Positions 28,101-32,000 of a stretch of 32,000 nucleotides of DNA are shown one piece after another. This DNA is from Acaryochloris marina S15. GTDB lineage: Bacteria; Cyanobacteriota; Cyanobacteriia; Thermosynechococcales; Thermosynechococcaceae. Position 1 is the first letter of the stretch; each line of letters begins with the position of its first letter. The notes under the pieces were generated by a model. That model saw only the letters and a list, made by a program, of their open reading frames with translations. It was not told the DNA's origin and made no database searches. The DNA lies in the NCBI RefSeq assembly GCF_018336915.1, contig NZ_CP064926.1, positions 1 to 32,000 of the forward strand. Reading direction: 5' to 3'. The position numbers and the translations under genes are program-made.

Positions 28101-29207
28101 GCACTCTTGCTGGAGGTATTGCCCACGACCTTAACAATATTTTGACTCCAATTGTCGGTATTGCTGGACTGTTGCCGCTCAAAATCCCCATCTTGATGAA
28201 CAGAGCCAGCATCTCATTGAGATGATGCAGATCAGTGCCCATCGAGGAGCTGATTTAGTCCAGCAAGTCTTGTCCTTCTCGCGTGGAATCGAAAATAAAC
28301 GCATAACATTGCAAGTCGGGCATCTGCTCTCAGAAGTCAAAGACTTTGCCGAAAAACCTTTCCTAAGAACATCAAGCTGCACATCAATCTCCCTAGTGAC
28401 CTAGGCATGGTCAGCGGTGATGCGACTCAATTACATCAGATGCTTATGAATCTCTGCGTCAATGCCCATGATGCTATGCCCCACGGAGGAACCCTAAGCT
28501 TCTCTGCTGAAAACTTTCTCATTGATGAGAACTACGCCCAAATGCTTCTAGAGGCCCAGGTCGGTCCTTATATAATTCTCTCAGTTGCAGATACTGGTGT
28601 TGGCATGGCACCAGAAACATTGGAACGCATTTTCGATCCCTTTTTCACGACGAAAGAGGTGGGCTCAGGCACGGGACTGGGACTATCTACGCTTATGGGT
28701 ATTGTCAAGAGCCATGGAGGGTTTGTAAAGGTAGATAGCCAGTTGGGGAGTGGGACTCAATTTTCGGTGTATTTGCCCGTAGTAGAGGACAATAACACCG
28801 CTCAAACGGAAGCTCTTGAGCACGTCAATGGCCTGGGAGAATTGATTTTGGTTGTAGATGACGAAGCCCCGATTCGTGAAATTGCGAAGGCGACATTGGA
28901 AGCCTACAACTATAAGGTGATTACAGCTCAAACTGGCATTGAGGCGATTGCTCAATACGTCCAGCATCAAGATGATATCGATGCAGTCTTGATGGATATG
29001 ATGATGCCTGAGATGGATGGTACCACTGCAATTCAGACACTGAAAGCTTTGGACCCACAGGTCAAGATTATTGTTGCTACTGGCTTAGTGAGTAAGGAAC
29101 AAAACCCTACTGATATTGATCTAAAAAGTGATGCCTTGCTATCAAAGCCCTATACGGCTGAGACATTGTTGAACACTTTGAAAGGGGTGTTTAATCACAC
29201 TCCATGA
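25170..29207 (+). pseudogene. Hybrid sensor histidine kinase (4x CBS, coiled coil, ~5x PAS, HisKA, HATPase_c, REC) split by three single-base frameshifts; intact if those are base-calling errors
   Basis: CBS pairs (..GILTQRDIVRLI.., ..HLPMVDNQGEILGVLT..). PAS repeats (..GDGLWDWDITSDEVYLSPQW.., ..QDGLWDWDIHTNAVYLSPRF..). H-box [16 protein letters not shown] boxes NLCVNAHDAM, DTGVGM, GSGTGLGLS. Receiver LVVDDE...DMMMPEMDG...K. Frames change at C4 27623-27626, C4 28186-28189 and A5 28352-28356. Confidence 0.8.
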
Positions 29208-29228
29208 CAATGCATTCCCCTACAGCTT

Positions 29229-29618
29229 TCAGTCAGCCCAATCCAAAGCGGCTGAGATTTGATGGGCTAGTGTCAAAACATCAAACGGTTTTGTAATGAT
29301 TGCCTGAACACCTAAACCAGCATATTGGTGTTGTTTAGCGAGGTCGGGTCTCCCAGTGAGAAAAACAATAGGAATATTTTGGGTGGTGGGGATTTTTTTC
29401 AGCTCAAGTAAGGTCTCCATGCCCGTCATTAAGGGCATTTTCAGGTCTAGGAGAATCGCATCAGGCAGTTGAGCTATCGCCATAGTTAGCCCTTCAGAAC
29501 CACTTAGAGCACCCAAGACTTGCCAACCCGCTGTCGTTTCTAGAGCAACTCGGATGACATATACTGTGCAAACATCATCATCAATGCAAAGTAGCGTCTT
29601 GGGTTGGATGATAGACAT
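29229..29618 (-). CDS. Single-domain response regulator (CheY-like receiver)
   Basis: LLCIDDD..., DAILLDLKMPLMTG, ..VFLTG.., ..IITKPF... 129 aa. Confidence 0.85.
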   Translation of the reverse strand: MSIIQPKTLLCIDDDVCTVYVIRVALETTAGWQVLGALSGSEGLTMAIAQLPDAILLDLKMPLMTGMETLLELKKIPTTQNIPIVFLTGRPDLAKQHQYAGLGVQAIITKPFDVLTLAHQISAALDWAD

Positions 29619-29638
29619 GGATTCAGTTCGTCTTGCAT

Positions 29639-29687
29639 CAATATACAGAGCAGTTGTCTGCTAGCGAAACATCTGCTCTGTATATTG
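29639..29687. promoter_or_regulatory. 15-bp perfect inverted repeat 21 nt upstream of the response-regulator start
   Basis: caatatacagagcag (29639-29653) and ctgctctgtatattg (29673-29687), with a 19-nt spacer. Confidence 0.4.
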
Positions 29688-29819
29688 GTAAACTCACCAT
29701 ACAGATGCATTCAGTGTTTTAGTCAATTTCGGTGATAACAACTCTAACCAAAAGTGATGTGGAACTTGTGAGCCACCAAATATTTGATCAATATAGGTCG
29801 AGACTGCTATTGTCCACAC

Positions 29820-30140
29820 TTACTGTACATACTCTGTTTCACCATCGATTAGGAGCTGTCCAGCTTTCTTTACAGAACCATCTCCATTGATGTAGGCAAA
29901 GAGCGTAGCCGTTGTTATTCCGAGCTTTTGCGCCACTTCTTTGGCACATGCCTTCGGATCGCTCATGGCAGTCATCGCCATTTGAAGCGTCGTTTTATCC
30001 ATCTTGCGGGGCCGCCCTCCCTTTCGGCCTCTTGCCCGTGCTGCTTGTAAGCCAGCTCGTGTTCGTTCACCAATCAGTTCTCGCTCATATTCTGCCAGGG
30101 CTGCAAAAACCGCGAAAAACAAGCGACCATTGGCAGTCGT
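29820..30140 (-). pseudogene. Serine recombinase (resolvase/invertase) C-terminal fragment; catalytic N-terminus missing
   Basis: ..TTANGRLFFAVFAALAEYERELIGERTRAGLQAARARGRKGGRPRKM.. plus a C-terminal HTH (AKEVAQKLGITTATLFAYI). Similarity starts abruptly near 30140. Confidence 0.7.
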
Positions 30141-30294
30141 CCACCTGTAAATTATTCCGGGTTAAGTTGCCCAGTCTGAGTTTTGGAGGTTTTACAATAG
30201 TCTCATTCCGCTGAGATCAAAATGTACCTCCTTGTAATGAAGTTCAGTTGGCAATGCTATCTGTTGAACCGTATCAAATCTCCAAAAGTTACTC

Positions 30295-31140
30295 TTAAAC
30301 TGGAATAGGAAGTTGGGCCGGGAGTAGAGAGAGGGCTACAATCGCTAGGAATCCAAGTGCTGATAATGTTTCTAGAGCTGCCACATTTTGAATCCGAGTG
30401 TTTCGGTACCATTTTTGCCCGAGTAAGATCAAGCCAAATTTGAACAGAGCCACACCAAAGGCCAACGCCGTGATGGTTTCCAACCCACCAGCGTACCAAA
30501 GGACCCAAACAATGAAGGTGGCGATCGCATGATAAACCAGTCCTGGGACCCATGATTCTGTTTTAGGCTTGCGCAGCTTGACGGTGAAAATGGCACTGCT
30601 GAAAAATAGAGTATTCAAAATCCACAGTCCTAAAACCGAGGCTGTCAGAGTCCCTAAGGTCGCAGTATAAGCTAGGGGGGCTGCTAAGCAGACAGCCGCA
30701 AAGGTCAGCAGCTCATTGGCAATCGCTCTCTGCTTGCGGTAGAACACTGCAATAGTATCGACTAACAAAGTTGAGATCGCACTCAGATACAGCCACAGCA
30801 GAACAGGGACCTGTATCGCCAGAATGCCACCCAGCCCCATGGCAATAGCCGTATAAATTCCACCCCATATCAGGAACCGAGGTTTCCAACTGCGCCGCTG
30901 TTTAATCTGCAACACCAGAGGGTGCTCAGCCTGAAAGCCAGTAAAAGCACAAACTAGGGCAAGGGTTGTCGCTAAGGTCCACTGCTGGGCAGCAGCAGCA
31001 CCTGTCAGGAAAGAGACAATCAACACGACATAAACGCCATGCTCCGATGAGAAAGTGGGGTGATACCAAGCTGAGAGATGGGACGTCGATTTGGGATCTA
31101 GCTGCACAGTCTTAGATTGATGAGAATCAGAGACTGTCAT
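30295..31140 (-). CDS. Polytopic membrane protein, YwiC-like family
   Basis: 281 aa with ~8 hydrophobic helices. SEHGVYVVLIVSFLTGAAAA and FQAEHPL resemble YwiC-like proteins as I recall them. The start overlaps the upstream stop (ATGA at 31137-31140). Confidence 0.55.
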   Translation of the reverse strand: MTVSDSHQSKTVQLDPKSTSHLSAWYHPTFSSEHGVYVVLIVSFLTGAAAAQQWTLATTLALVCAFTGFQAEHPLVLQIKQRRSWKPRFLIWGGIYTAIAMGLGGILAIQVPVLLWLYLSAISTLLVDTIAVFYRKQRAIANELLTFAAVCLAAPLAYTATLGTLTASVLGLWILNTLFFSSAIFTVKLRKPKTESWVPGLVYHAIATFIVWVLWYAGGLETITALAFGVALFKFGLILLGQKWYRNTRIQNVAALETLSALGFLAIVALSLLPAQLPIPV

Positions 31141-31583
31141 ATTAGTCCTCCTAGGCGAATTCCGCTCCCCAGAATCACGAACAAAACGGCCAAGGTGGTT
31201 ACACCCACAATGTGATACGCCAAGGAATTCATTGTTTCTTTAGTGAGCTTCGGAATGATGAAAAAGCGGGCATGAATGGCTAGCGCCAGCGTGCTTACGA
31301 GCAGGCCCAGCTTAATTGCAATATATCTAGAAAGATAGGAGTCAAAAGCTAAAAAAGTCTGGAAGCCAGGGAAATAAATCCAGGTCAGCCATAGCCCTGT
31401 AGTTACTTGAAGCAGCAATGCCAACAGGCCAAAGTTCTCAAAGTGTTCTTCAAAAGCATGAATACGATCTGGATCCCGGTTTTTCAACGCTTGAGGTAGA
31501 ACCGTAATGGCAAGTACCAGATGGCCTCCTGACCATACTGTTGCACCTAGAGTGTGCAGAATAACCAGGATTTTGAACAGCAT
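31137..31583 (-). CDS. Small 4-TM membrane protein, CopD-like family
   Basis: 148 aa. MLFKILVILHTLGATVWSGGHLVL with conserved-looking His residues in TM1 and TM4 (..LAIHARF..). Confidence 0.5.
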   Translation of the reverse strand: MLFKILVILHTLGATVWSGGHLVLAITVLPQALKNRDPDRIHAFEEHFENFGLLALLLQVTTGLWLTWIYFPGFQTFLAFDSYLSRYIAIKLGLLVSTLALAIHARFFIIPKLTKETMNSLAYHIVGVTTLAVLFVILGSGIRLGGLI

Positions 31584-31609
31584 AAGAGATGTTTGATCCG
31601 CGATAACAG

Positions 31610-32000
31610 TTAAGGAAGTACTGGGGTATCCTCTACACTCAAGACTGGGGAAGCATGAGGGCTGAGAAGGTCCTGAAGCGCACCAGGTTTTTGGCAGGCT
31701 GCCATGGTTTTGACATGTTCCATTTCATCATCGCGAATGGCCACAAATACGTCGTAGAGCGAATCGATCTGAGGACGGCGTTCTTCGTCTCTGCGTGCCG
31801 TCTGGAACTCATCAAACATATATAAATCGCCATCACGGTAGTACTGCACAGCAATTTCAGGGGCAGATTGAGTCTTAAGCGTATCGGCTTCTAGCTTGAG
31901 AAACTTGTCATAGGAGGCATAGGCATGTTCTTCTACAAGTTCCATAAAACGATAGGCTGAGCGAGGTGAGACGAGGTACAGCCCTGCAATCACCCAGTAA
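31610..32000 (-). CDS. Plastoquinol terminal oxidase (PTOX / alternative-oxidase family di-iron protein), C-terminal part; N-terminus off window
   Basis: ELVEEHAYASY and IRDDEMEHVKTM (two ExxH iron-binding motifs in PTOX-like context). The ORF is open to the window edge. Confidence 0.8.
   Translation of the reverse strand, partial: YWVIAGLYLVSPRSAYRFMELVEEHAYASYDKFLKLEADTLKTQSAPEIAVQYYRDGDLYMFDEFQTARRDEERRPQIDSLYDVFVAIRDDEMEHVKTMAACQKPGALQDLLSPHASPVLSVEDTPVLP

Noticed and set aside
1-32000. Scan for rRNA, tRNA, CRISPR arrays, retron msr/msd and integron attC sites
   Set aside because: I found no cloverleaf-like T-arm consensus, no regularly spaced direct repeats, and no RT other than the group II intron IEP. 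This was an eye scan only, so small RNAs could be missed.

Overview
This looks like a cyanobacterial accessory region, judging by a PTOX-type oxidase, an RRM Rbp, a HoxW-like protease, a CBS-PAS hybrid kinase and small DUF1816/DUF1830-like ORFs. It is saturated with mobile DNA. In the first ~22 kb I can place at least twelve IS or retroelement copies and fragments from about eleven families: IS256 x2, ISL3, IS21, IS1, an unassigned HTH transposase, IS6, a group II intron, IS630, IS5, IS110 and IS4. Several are nested, with boundaries, inverted repeats and target-site duplications readable directly. The cargo between them is a Ser/Thr kinase with a membrane C-terminus, a SulP anion transporter, and an OCD/mu-crystallin gene lying divergent to a three-gene HcnABC / opine-oxidase / D-hydroxyproline-dehydrogenase-like flavoenzyme operon. 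About 22-25.2 kb is visibly AT-rich, with small ORFs, a HoxW-like protease and an rbp gene. 25.2-29.2 kb is one very large hybrid histidine kinase split by three single-base homopolymer frameshifts. The right end carries a response regulator, a resolvase remnant and a PTOX / CopD-like / YwiC-like operon that runs off the window. I saw no rRNA, tRNA or CRISPR array by eye. I cannot demonstrate a wholly new system. The best leads are a group II intron inserted in the terminal repeat of an IS6 element, an IS110-family element with a ~445-nt terminated 3' non-coding region (bridge-RNA candidate), the IS-flanked OCD plus three-subunit flavoenzyme module, and the PTOX three-gene operon. All family assignments come from motif recognition by eye, not from searches.
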